A DNA stretch of 64,000 nucleotides. Source: the human T2T-CHM13v2.0 reference genome, Homo sapiens. The notes below the pieces were generated by a model. The model saw nothing but the letters and a program-made list of their open reading frames with translations. It was not told where the DNA came from and did not search any database. The stretch lies in assembly GCF_009914755.1 (NCBI RefSeq), contig NC_060935.1; one strand, 5' to 3'. This document shows, piece after piece, positions 1 through 11,760 of this stretch; the first letter of the stretch is position 1, and each line of letters opens with the position of its first letter. Both the position numbers and the translations under genes were made by a program.

Positions 1-179
1 AGGTTGCAGGTCTTTGCTGCAGACCTTAGTTCCTCCCTAGCAAGTGGGATGGGCTTGGGGCCCCACCTAGGTGGCCCTGGGGCCAACCCTGGGCAGTCAG
101 AGGCAGCCTGGGGCTCGAAGGCCTCCTTCTGGTGGCAGCTCCCCTGCCTGTGGCCTCTGGCTAGGGCCCCATGAGCTGT

Positions 180-320
180 CCCCAAGGCTAGGAACCAATT
201 CTGCCTCACAGTCTCGGTAGGAACTGGCCTTGCCCACACCTTGACCTCAGACTTCTGGAGCTGTGAGACAGTAAACTCCTGTTGCCTGGATCATCCAGGC
301 GATGGACTTGGTCAGGACCA
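180..320 (+). mobile_element. MLT1 (MaLR) LTR fragment
   Basis: gcccacaccttgacctcagacttctggagctgtgagacagtaaa resembles the 3' part of MLT1. Confidence 0.55.
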
Positions 321-2956
321 CCCCGGGTCACTAGTGCACGGCCGGGCTATATGGACTGATTGAAGGTGGAAGCACCAAGGCTGTGATGAGGGTCTCAGGA
401 TGTGTGAGCCAGGACAGGGAGAGAGAGCAGGTGGGTGTGGGTCACTGACGTAACTCTGGCTTTTGCCCACAGGGCCTGTGACTGGGCCAAACGAAGTCTG
501 CACAAGAGAAAGTGGGAGGGGATCGCACATGCAGGAGAGAAGGGGGCCGGGCCAAGGGATCTGGCTCTGGCTCTGCGGCTCTGTGTGGGGACCCCCTCTC
601 CTCCTCTCTGGAGGGGCCCAAGCCCTCCCTACCACCCCCGCAGTGAAGGCACAGCAGCCAGGTGGGTGAGCTGGCATATGAGCAGCTGGACGGGCCCGTC
701 TGTGCCAGGAGGCCTGCACGACCTTGCTTCTCCCTCACAGCCCTGACAAGGACGGCTCAGATGAGGCCTGTGATGACTGCAGGCTGCAGTGTGCCAGTGA
801 CGGGGCGGGTCCCTGGGCCCGGGCAGGGGGAGGGCTCCAAGCCCTGCAGAGCCGTGGCTCCCACTGTCCCTGGGTGTGGGGGACTGTCAGAGCTCAGGCC
901 CAGGACAGGCTGACCTGTGTGGGCCTGGCCAGTAGGATGGCTTTCCTCTGCCTGCGTGGGGTCCTGGGAGCCCCATCTGCTCTCCAGGTGGGCTAGTGGG
1001 CAGCAGCCCCGTGGTCGCTCAGTGCCCAGGTGTGACTACGAGGCTGCCTGGGACCAGGCACTGTGTGCCCTGGGAACCCTGCCCAGTGGTGAGTAAAGCA
1101 GAGACTGTCCCACCTGCTGGGGCTGCCACAGGCAGCTCGGGCTGAGCTCAGGCAGCTCAGGGGCAAGGTTAAGCCGGCCTGGAGACCGCGCTCAGCTGCC
1201 CCTCCCTGCTGGTTCCCGACAGCAGTGGCAGCTTTGCTCACCACCTGGAGTGGCACAGGGAGGTTCCAGCCCAGCCAGTCCCTGGATGGCAGGGCAGGGC
1301 CCCCACAGGCCTGGAGATGGAGCTGAGAAGATGCTGGAGCTTGGGAGGCCCAAGGAGCGGTAGGGGAAGTGTCAGGACATGAGCTGGGGGGCTGTGGGAT
1401 CCTGGAGTGAGCAGGGGTCTGGGGAGATGGGCACTCATGTGACAAGGATGAACTATAGGCCAGCCAAGGACAGTCGTCCTGAAATGCAGGCTCCTGATGC
1501 AGCCGCCAGCCAAGACGAAATGTTTGCCAGCTGGAAATGAAGGCCCAGGAGGGCCCAGGTTGTGTCCCAAGTCCCAGGGTCACCCTGGGCTGGTGCCGTG
1601 CAGGCACGAGGGGCTGGCAGAGTCTGGGTGTCCTTTCCCCGCCCCAGCCTCACCCTGGGGGTGTAAGCAGGAGGCAAGTGGGCAAGGTGGGTGCAGTCTT
1701 GTCCAACCCACGGAGTGTGTGTCAGGTGGCCACGAGGCAGCCAGCGTCTGGCTGGAGGTGCTGCAGTGTCTTGGGGGAGGACCCCCCAGGGCTGAGGGAA
1801 GAGGCATGAGTTTGAGTATTCCATTGGGTTGTCCCAGCTCAGGGATCCCCGTGGGGCCTGTGGGGGCCCCTTGGGCAGGAGCCCAGGCTGGATGTGTGGT
1901 TTGGGGCTGCTCAGGTCTCTTCTAAATCCTCCCCCCATAAGCCCTGCTCCTCCCTGGCCGGCACTAGCCCAGTTGCAACCCTCAAAGTCCCCCCATAGTC
2001 ACCACCTTCCTCTGGCTCCTGCCAGCTCCCAGACCCACCTCTGCCCATCAGCATGGGGTTCCAAGCAGGAGAAGAGTCTGGACTTGACCTCAGCAGCCAG
2101 TGGCTTCAACTAAAGGCAATCCCAGCTCTGCACGTCCCTTGCAGGAGAGACCCACTGAGGCAGGGAAGCATCTGGGGATGCCTTGGGGAAGCTGGCAGGG
2201 GGTACCCAGGGAGGCCTGCCTGCCTTCTGCCTTCTCCCTCAGGGCCACTAGGCTGTCTTGCATCCCCTGCAGCTCGCCCTCCCCTTCCTTGGCCACAGGA
2301 GAAGTGCTGGAGGGCCCGGCATCCGCTCAGCCCCATTGCTATGCCTTTCCTCACCTCCTCCTCTCCTGCCAGGTGGGAACCCCAGGCAAAGGAGATGCTG
2401 AAGAACTGTGCCCAGTGGTTCAGCCTCCTGGGACCAGCAGACAGCATCCCCTGGGAGGATGTGGGCCCAGCCCAGGGGTCCTCTGGGGAGATGGGGAGGT
2501 GAGCAGAACTGGTGTCCCCTTTCTGTATGGGCTGGGAAGCTTCTTGGGGGAGGTCTGGGTGCCGCCTCTGCCAGCCTCCGGGGTGTCCTGCCATCGTGGC
2601 TGGGTCCCCTGACTCCTAGCTGCCGGGGTTTGAGGCTCAGGCCCCGGACTGACCACTGCAGAGCCCAGTGGATCCCACCCCCTGGGGGTGGCTGCTCCTG
2701 GGGGCAGAGCCTGGAGCAGACACGCCCTCAACAGATGCCCCTGATCCCTGCATTTATGGAGCATGTTGCTGTGGGCCACGGCCCCGGAGCACAGGGACTT
2801 TTTACTACCTGGCCTCCAGTACCTTGGGCCTACACGAATTTTGGTAACTACCAAAATAGCGGAGACGTGAAGCCGTGGCTCCCAGTAATGAGTAGAAAAT
2901 GCAACATCAAAATTAATTCTCTAGCAACAGCAGCCACCCACACAAAGCGTCAGATT

Positions 2957-3140
2957 ATGTGCCAGGCACCACACACAAGGCAGCTCATTTAATTCTCAGG
3001 GAGACAGTGAGGGGAGATTATTAGTATCATTTCCCACTTCACAGATGGGAAAGCTGAGGCAGAGAAAGACCACAGGCGCTTGCCCAGGGACACGCGGCTG
3101 GGAAGTACCGGGACTGGGATTTGAACTCAGATCCTGTGAG
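2957..3140. mobile_element. MIR SINE
   Basis: MIR core: ctcatttaattctca...cccacttcacagatgggaaagctgaggc...ttgcccagg...gggatttgaactcag. Confidence 0.75.
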
Positions 3141-3542
3141 CACAACCTTCACCCTGCTGTGCCTCACTGCAAGGCTCTGTTCAGTCAATTAGCGGAGTCT
3201 AGCTTGGCTCTTATGTCCCCCATAGACGTAGTTATCATTTGAGGGCTGCGTCCAGGACTGATGGCAGGCGGCAGGGCTCAGCACAGCGCCCCAGGGCTCC
3301 AGCTCAGACTCCTGATCGCCCCAGCCTCCATCTACCCCTGAGCAGTCCCCGCACCTCAGTTCTCTGAGAGCCAGCGTGGGTCTGCCTTGGGAACAGGGCT
3401 TCAGCCCTGAGGGTTTGCCAAGGGTCCTAAGCTGCAGTTGTTCCGGGGCATCTGGCCCGCTCAGGTCACTGGGAGTCCGCCATGGTTTGACAGGTCTCAA
3501 GAAGCACTGGTACCTGGGACCCCGGAAAACCTGCTGCTCAGA

Positions 3543-4032
3543 GGACACAGGGTGCAGGATACAGGGTGCAGGATACAGGGTGCAGGACACAGGGTGCAGG
3601 ACACAGGGTGCAGGATACAGGGTGCAGGACACAGGGTGCAGGATACAGGGTGCAGGACACAGGGTGCAGGACACAGGGTGCAGGATACAGGGTGCAGGAC
3701 ACAGGGTGCAGGATACAGGGTGCAGGACACAGGGTGCAGGATACAGGGTGCAGGACACAGGGTGCAGGACACAGGGTGCAGGATACAGGGTGCAGGACAC
3801 AGGGTGCAGGATACAGGGTGCAGGACACAGGGTGCAGGACACAGGGTGCAGGATACAGGGTGCAGGACACAGGGTGCAGGACACAGGGTGCAGGATACAG
3901 GGTGCAGGACACAGGGTGCAGGATACAGGGTGCAGGACACAGGGTGCAGGACACAGGGTGCAGGATACAGGGTGCAGGACACAGGGTGCAGGATACAGGG
4001 TGCAGGACACAGGGTGCAGGACACAGGGTGCA
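3543..4032. repeat. 14-bp minisatellite (GGAYACAGGGTGCA) x35
   Basis: I counted 35 units that differ only at one C/T position. Confidence 0.97.
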
Positions 4033-4940
4033 GGTTGGGGCCCAAGGGGCCAGAGAGCCTTCGAGTGGATGGCAGAGGGCACCGGCGGCAGAATCACAGG
4101 ACCACAGACTGCAGTGTGGGGTCCAGGCCGGGGTCCTGCTTCCTTGCCGCCCCAAGGCTCTGGCCCTGCCTTGCTGCCTGGGGCCTCCCCACAGCTCCGT
4201 GGAGAGGCAGAGAGGCTGGGCCCTGCGCAAGGAGGCGGCTGAGCTGGGCTCAGCTGGGCTCAGCTGCTCCATTGCAGCCTGTTTGCGCTCCATCCCCAAT
4301 TCCTCGGTTGTCTCCAGAATGGAGCGGGCAGTGACGGGCACTGGATTTCAGGGCTGTTTGCTCTCCAGGTGGGGAATACAGCAAGGATAGCCCAGGGCTG
4401 AAAGCCCAGGAACAGATTTCTCTGCCCTGGGGGCTAGAGAGGGTGACGGGTCAGAGAACAAGGGGAAAGAAAGCAGCAGGGGTGCTGAGTGGAACAGGGC
4501 TGCCTGGCATGACCAAGGTCCCTGAGCAGGATCATGGGAGTCCTGCTCGGCCCCCTCTGCTCCTCACCTCCCGCCTTCCCCACACCTTGGGAGCCCCCAG
4601 GATGCAGCCTGAGGACCTTCTAGAACCTACATTGTCCACATTGTCCCCTGGCTTGGAACCCTCCCGTCTCTGCTGTTCTTAGGACCGACTCTAAGCTCAC
4701 GAGCCTGGAGTCTGATGCTCTCTGTGATCTGGCCAATGCTGGCCCCTCTGGCCTAGTCCCGATCATCCCAGGCACACACCCTCCTTGGTGCCCAGCAGAG
4801 CTCCCTCAGAGCAGAATGAAGAGGGGAAGGAGCATCCACACCACCATGCTTTGAACGTGGAGCCCCTTGGCCTGGAATAGCTTCCTGATACTCTGAGTCC
4901 CTGGGCAGTTCCAACTCCCTGGAGAGTCTGGGTGAGCCTT

Positions 4941-5140
4941 ACCTCCTGCAGGAAGCCCCCTGACTCTCCGCCACCTCCTCCAGGAAGCCCCCCCCGCCCG
5001 ACTCTTCACCACCTCCTCCAGGAAGCCCCCCTGACTCTTCACCACCTCCTCCAGGAAGCCCCCTGACTCTCCACCACCTCCTCCAGGAAGGCCCCCTGAC
5101 TCTCCACCAACTCCTCCAGGAAGCCCCCCGACTCTCCAGG
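4941..5140. repeat. ~32-34-bp minisatellite (CACCTCCTCCAGGAAGCCCCCTGACTCTCCAC) x~6
   Basis: Direct tandem copies are visible. Confidence 0.9.
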
Positions 5141-7779
5141 CAGAGTTGTGCCTCCTTGAGGGTAGGGCAGGGCTGAGCTTTCCTCATGGGTTGGAGCCAC
5201 CAAGTCACAGAGGAGGCAATGTCAGGCAAGGAACCTGGCAGAGGCAGGAACCAGGCTCAGCACAGCCCGGGCCCCCTGCAGGGAAGGGCTCTGGGGGTCT
5301 CCTAAGCTGAGGCGGTCAGAGGAGTGAGATTTGACTGAGCCCCTTGCTACCTGGCCCTCATGGACGGGGCTCAGCCCTGCTGGGAAGGGAGGAATGAGCC
5401 AGTGGCCTGCTTGGAAGGCCCTTGGGGCACCTGGGGCGGACACATGGAGGCTGTGAGGTCCTTGGCTCTTCTGAGGCCCCTCTGGCTGTGCGGGGCTGGG
5501 AGTCTTAGTTCTGGGGCAGGACCTGCCTCTAGGATCAACCTCCACCCAGAACAAAACCCCATCAGCTCCCATGCTGGGGAGGTGAAGACCCGCACAGCCC
5601 CTGGCCTCCTCTTCCTCTCCCCTCCCCCCACTGCCACCTTCCAACCTCAGGACACCTCTGCTGCCTTGCAGGCTTCCAGAGAGTTCTGAAGGAGAGTCCG
5701 GGGCAGGCATGGGGCTGCAGCAGGGGCTCGCTGGTGTGGGAGAGAGGAACGCTGGCCAGAGGAGAGCTGCAGAGTGAAGGCATGGAGGAGCCTCCTGGCG
5801 GAGCAGAGGATGGCAGGGGGTTGCTGCCGCTCTGTGCTCTCCACCATAGACTCCCAGAGCCTGAGAAACCGGGGGTCCTGGTGACAACCTCATCCAACCC
5901 GCTCAGTTCAACCATTTTCTCATGGCGGCAGCTGGGTCCTGGGTCTCGTGTCCCAGCCCTGGACCACATCACGTGAACCGACCGGTAGTCCCAGCCACGA
6001 CGCACAGCTGCCTAGTGGTCCTGGTTAACTTTATGTCACTAACTTGCAAAGCGCCATGCTCAGAGCCTTAGGTACCACCTCTTCCTCTCCTCACAGCCTC
6101 CTGAGGGTTCTACGACAGGGCCTGTTCTCCCTCTCCACAGAAGAAGAGACCGAGGTCAGAGAGGCTCAATGCCCCGCCTGAGCCTGCACTGCTAGGACTC
6201 ACACCCAGGTCCTGGGCCCCCGTAGTGTGTCCTCCGCTTTGAAGCAAGTTGGTCAGAGAAGCACACCCCTGGCAGTGGACTGCCCGGCAGAGGCATCAGC
6301 TGCTCTGCTGGGACCCTGTGAGGGCTCCTATAGGGAGGCCACCTGCTGACCACGCTCCTGTAAGTGCCGGAGCACGGTGGTCTCCATCAGGCGTTGGGAC
6401 CCCCCACTGGCTCTTGGGACTTGCAGCTGAGCAGATGCAACATGGCACGTGAGAGCAGAGTGGCTTCTGAGTGGCGGCTGGAAATCCAGCAGATTCAACC
6501 TGTAGGGCATGCTGTGCAAATGTGGGCGGACAGCGTGCAGCAGTTGCCATCGGCGTCCCTCCCAGCCTCTGGCCGTCGTGAGGCCAAGGCTCTGACCTCT
6601 TCCAGCACCCTGAGCATGAGGCCCCGAGAAGGCACCATCACAACCAGGGTCCTGTTTGTCATGACTACCTGGATTGCTCAAATTCCCATTTGACACAGGA
6701 AGACATGGCATCTCTGGAAATTGAGGCTGAGCTGGCAGGAGGGAGCTGGGATTCCCACCTGCACCTGCCCCTTCCCTGGGGATTTGCTGGTAGGACCTAC
6801 AGGGACAGGTGGGGGGCTTGGTCCAGCATCGCCGCTCCTCATGCACCCCTCAGGAAAATGTCTAGAGCCATGGGGAGCTGACCATCCTTTCTTAGGAGCC
6901 TTTAGGCCAAAGGACAAAAAGGTGACACTGCCCCACCCCCACGACGCCAGGGACCCTGGACCTCAGGCCGAGGGTCAGCATCCCCATGATCTCAGGCCTG
7001 AGGCTGGCTTCCCTTGAGGGGTGTCGGCCTGGCAGTGAGTCCCAGACAGCTCAGCTATCTCCAAAGGCCCTGGGAAGCTGGGCTCTGCTGACCCCACGCT
7101 CTGCTCTCAGGACTCCCTGTCTGTTCCCAAGGGTCCAGCCAAGTCCCCTGCCAGCTCGGGGTGTGTAGGAGACCCCTCCCTCACCACCCCGATCTCTCAG
7201 CATAAACTCCATTCTGCCAAGGCAATATTAAGTCAAATTGAGAAATGCCCCCTTTCAAGTCTGTTTCTTACAAAAAAAAATTGTGAGCAAAAGAAGTCAA
7301 AAGTCAAAGGCACAGGTGGTGAACAGATGCTTCAGAAGTGCCCTTGCAAGTCCTAATCTCTCATGTCCCACATCCTGCCTGGTGGGCGTCCCGCCCCTGG
7401 AGGGAGGTTGGGCAGTCCCCTCACCACCACGGCGGGCAGTGCTGCCCTGGAGGAGGGAGCAAGGCACCGGGATGTGGGTGCAATGCAGCATCCCAGACCT
7501 GGGGGCACCTCGCGATGCTGCCCTGGAGCCCGCTGCCTGCCCTGCCTGCCCGAGGGGCTCCAACCAGGCTGAACAGTGTTGGGGGTCCGAGGGCGAGCGA
7601 GGCGTCCAGAGCTAATGCCCTGCTGGCCGAGGTGCCAGCCCCGGGGAACTTTGAAGAAGTCAGCAGAAAACTGGTTGGGGCAGGGTTGGGGGGCCCTGCA
7701 CTCCCCGGCAGAAGCTGCTCCCAGCCCCCTCCCCACCACACGATTCCAGACCCTTGAATGCTTCCTCCACAGCGTCTCC

Positions 7780-8335
7780 CCTCCGACACCACCGGCAGTG
7801 GTGGCCCGTGGAGAAAGGAAGCCCCCTCCACAGATGGCGCGAGGCTTCCAGGCGGTGGGCTGGGGGTGCCCGGAGGCGGCACTCACCGTGCAGCAGGGCA
7901 TGGGGGCGAGGCTGGGGTCCCTCCTCCGGCCGGTCCTGTGCCTGCTCTGCTCTGCTGCCTGTCCGGGTGCCGGAGGCACGACCGCTCCCCTCCCAGGCCG
8001 ACGGGCTGCTCCAGACGGAGTATCCAAGACTTTCTGGGCACGGGCGGGTGTTTTGGGAGAGCAGGCCAGGCTGGGGGTGGGGGTGGGGGGTCACTGCAGG
8101 CGACAGCGGCTCTCAGGGCGTGCCCAGGAGACGCGCATCCCAGCTGCACCTACAACTGCCCCTGCGTGCGCTCGCCTGGGGCTGCCAGCTGTCCCTCCCG
8201 CGGGACCTGCTGCTGCAGCCGCCTTCTGGGCGCTAGGCGGACCTGGCTGCAGCCGCTGCAGTCCAGGAGCTGTGCACGCTGCTGTTACCTAACACCTCGG
8301 AACGGCTCCGTCTCCGCGGCGGGCTCGCTTAGGGA
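7780..8335. promoter_or_regulatory. Small intergenic CpG-rich island
   Basis: There is a local CpG excess (gcgcg, ccgcgg, ccggccgg) compared with the flanks. Confidence 0.55.
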
Positions 8336-8678
8336 TTGCAGTAGGAAGCAAACGCTGCATGGAGAAACACCAGGAAGACCCCCTGACAGGGCACGGCACT
8401 GCAGGACCACCCATGGCCTCTCACCTCAAGAAGGGGTGCGGCAGAGCACAGAGACGGTGGGCGACAGCCTGGGGTCACACAGCAAGTTAGCTGCCTCCCC
8501 AATTCAGGCTTTCTGTATTCTGGAATTATTCCCCATCGCCTGGGCACTCGGCTCCCTCCCTGCCCAGCCCCCACTCTGCCCCCCAGACAGTCCCCATGTT
8601 CACCTTTCCCCAGGGAATGCCTGTAGCTTCTAGGAAGTGTCTTTTGGGAGGCAAGAGCACTGAGCCCGGGCCCAGGGA

Positions 8679-8962
8679 GCTGCAGGCACTCAGGCACCCA
8701 ACACACAGGTGATCCCGGAGGCTGCAGGCACCCAGGCACCCAACACACAGGTGATCCCGGAGGCTGCAGGCACCCAGGCACCCAACACACAGGTGATCCC
8801 GGAGGCTGCAGGCACCCAGGCACCCAACACACAGGTGATCCCGGAGGCTGCAGGCACCCAGGCACCCAACACACAGGTGATCCCGGAGGCTGCAGGCACC
8901 CAAGACACAGGTGATCCCGAAGGCTGCAGGCACCCAAGACACAGGTGATCCCGGAGGCTGCC
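8679..8962. repeat. 42-bp minisatellite (GCTGCAGGCACCCAGGCACCCAACACACAGGTGATCCCGGAG), 5 full plus 2 shortened units
   Basis: Direct tandem copies give a 14-aa periodicity in the overlapping ORFs. Confidence 0.95.
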
Positions 8963-9439
8963 CGTGGGTGGGGGTGCGGGAGGGCAGGTGGACAGGCCAT
9001 CTCAGAGCCCTCTCCCTTGCACCTGGAATGTGTCAGCTGAGCCATCCCTGGCCTCTGCTGTGGGGATCTCTGCCTCCTGTGTGCCAGTGTGGGGCAGGGC
9101 CGGCCTCTCCTTAGCACAGCTAGATCCCCTGCTGGCCCAGATGCTGGGTGACCACCTCAGCGTGCTGTGGGAAGTGGCCACAGCTGCGGGAGCCAGGGCT
9201 GCAGGGGGTTCCGAGAGGGGTGCCTAGCCCGGCCCCCACCCCCTCTGCCAGGCACCATCCTGAGAACACTGTGTGAGCAAGGTGCTCAGACCACTCCCGC
9301 GCCCATCAAGGAGGGAGCAAAAGGCCTTGGACACCACGGCCTGGGTTTTGCCACCGGCCACTCAGCGGCCCTGTGCTGACCTCACGAGGATCGGGGGGTG
9401 ATTTCTGTAAGGAAGTGTAGCCCAGTTCATGGTGTGTAG

Positions 9440-9610
9440 TCAAGCTCGGCAAGCGCAGTGACACTGTGACACGCTTTCTCTCATTCAGTCTCACCAGAAC
9501 ACTGCCTGCCATCCACCCGGTTCCCCATTTGACAGATGTGGACACCAAGTCTCCGTATGGCTCACTGACTGGTCCCAGGTCCCTGAGGGAGGGTGGCTCG
9601 GGGGATGGCA
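9440..9610. mobile_element. MIR SINE, diverged
   Basis: tctcattcagtctcacc...ccccatttgacagatgtggacacc...cccaggtc. Confidence 0.55.
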
Positions 9611-10559
9611 AGCTTCACAACCCATGTGCACCTGAGCTGGGGCAGCTAAGGCAGAAGGAGGCTGCTCTGTGGGGCTGGCTGTGGGGAGGAGGATGGAGTG
9701 CAGGTGAGGGGCTTGTACATGTCATCATCTGTCCTTTCGGTTTTCATCTTGTCCATCTTGGGGAATCGTGGCATTCTAGGACATTCTGCACTCACTGGCC
9801 AGGGCCAGGGGCTCCCCGCATCAGCCACCGAGAGTGCCTACGTCCCTGCACAGACTCTCCCCCGTCTGGCCTCAGCAGAGAACCCTGACAGGACAGACGT
9901 CCTGTGCACTAATAGAAGTCAGAGGGGCCAGCTGGAACCTTCCAGATGCCACCAACTTTACCAAGCGGAGTGTGGGTCATCGCCAGCGTCCTGCCCACTG
10001 ATAAGGAGACAAGGTGGTTGGGGGCACCACCCAGTGGTAACGAGGGGCGGGGAATGCAGTTTGGGCAGGTCTGAGGGACAGGGGCTTGGACCACCACACA
10101 CACAGCACAGCTGCCACATCCTGAGCCTTTTCACACCCACTGCAGCCATGCAAACTCCGTGGCAGGTCCTGGGGCCGGGAGCTGCTTGCAGTGTGGCTTT
10201 CTCTAGGGCTTGCTGGCCCTGAGCTCCAGAGTTCGAAGTTCTTGCAATGGACTTTGGCCACAGTGTCTTCCGTGATTCAATGGACACAGAGGATGCATTT
10301 AGTTTATGGAGGAAGAGAGAAAACCTGCCAGTCTCAAGAACAGGGGATAACAGGGAGATTCACTGTGATTTTGGTTTCCTTTTATTCAGCTGAGCAGACA
10401 TTTTATTCTCTCTGTGGGAGAGAATGAAACCACCCTCAGAGAGCCACAGGGTTTGTGAGTGGCCCTTAGTCAGGTTGCGTGTGGCTTGGGAAGTTTTCAC
10501 TTTCCAGGGAATTCATGAGTCTGAGCCAAGAGCGAATATTTGGCTATTCTTCAGGCACC

Positions 10560-10775
10560 TTGTCCCCTCCCTTTCTCCCCTCCCCTCCTTTCTCCTTGGC
10601 TTCCACACTCCTCCCTTCCTTCCTTTCTGCCCCCTCCCTTTCTCCGTGATTCTCTTCTCTCCTCCCTCCCACTTCCTTCCCCATCCCCCCCTCCCCCACT
10701 TCCCTTTTCATTTCCCTGGCTCCATCCCCTGCCTCCTCTCACCTCCCTCTCATCCCCTCCCTTCTCCCTCCCCCA
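10560..10775. repeat. C/T-rich low-complexity tract
   Basis: Near-pure polypyrimidine sequence. Confidence 0.85.
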
Positions 10776-11149
10776 CTTGTGTTGGGCAGTGGCTGAACCC
10801 CTGGCAGGCCTGCACCCAGTCCTGGGAGCCCCAAGGTAGAAACATGGCCCCTGACTCCAGGTGTACCTGAGCTTGGATACAAGTGAGTACACCTGCCAGG
10901 GAGGCTGCTCTCAGGGCAGGATGTAGAGACTGATGGCGTCAAAGCAGGGGAATTTGGAGACCTGCCCAGTAGAGGAGGTTGCTCGGGTGTAAGGAGCGTG
11001 AACCGAGGTGCATGGAGGGTGGTGTAGGGCTGACTGTGGGCCGAGGCGTGGAGTGTGGAGGAGGTATGGGTGGCTTGTTTTCTCCCTCATCCCTTTTTCC
11101 TTGGCAGAGAGTTGGGAATACTTTGAGGAGGATGTGGAGAAGGAGGAGG

Positions 11150-11760
11150 AGTGACAATGATGATGATGGTTATGGTGATGGTGGTGATAATGGTGATGGT
11201 GCTGATGATGGTGATGATGATAATGGTGGTGATGGTGATAATGGTGATGATGGTAATGATGATGGTGATGACGGTGGTGGTGGTGATGGTGATAATGGTG
11301 ATGATGGTGGTGATGGTGATGATGGTGATAATGGTGATGATGATAATGGTGGTGATGGTGATGATGGTGATGATGATAATGGTGGTGATGGTGATGATGG
11401 TGATGATGATAATGGTGATGGTGGTGATAATGGTGATGATGGTAATGGTGATGGTGATGACGGTGGTGGTGATGATGGTGATAATGATGATGATGGTGGT
11501 GATGGTGATAGTGGTAGTGGTGGTGATGGTGGTGATAATGGTGGTGGTGGTGATGATGGTGATGTTGATGGTGGTGATGGTGATGATGATGATGGCAGTG
11601 GTGGTGATGATGGTGATGGTGATGACGGTGATGGTGAGAATGGTAGTAATGATGATGGTGATGGAAATGATGATGGTGGTGGTGATGATGATGGTGATGG
11701 TGATGATGGTGATGTTGAGGATGGTGATGGTGAGGATGGCGATGGTGAAGTTAAGATGAT
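11150..11760. repeat. Mixed (GAT/GGT/AAT)n trinucleotide repeat, about 610 bp
   Basis: In-phase GAT/GGT triplets run throughout. Confidence 0.95.

Noticed and set aside
724-800. PDKDGSDEAC resembling an LDL-receptor class A motif (DCxDGSDE)
   Set aside because: The Cys spacing and the upstream half of the module are missing, so this is likely chance.
3189-4390. Several 180-300 aa Cys-rich ORFs on both strands
   Set aside because: They are translations of the stop-free 14-bp minisatellite.
7900-8292. MGARLGSLLRPVLCLLCSAACPG signal-peptide-like start and a Cys-rich alternate frame
   Set aside because: There is no recognisable domain or coherent exon chain, and long ORFs in all frames are expected at this GC level.
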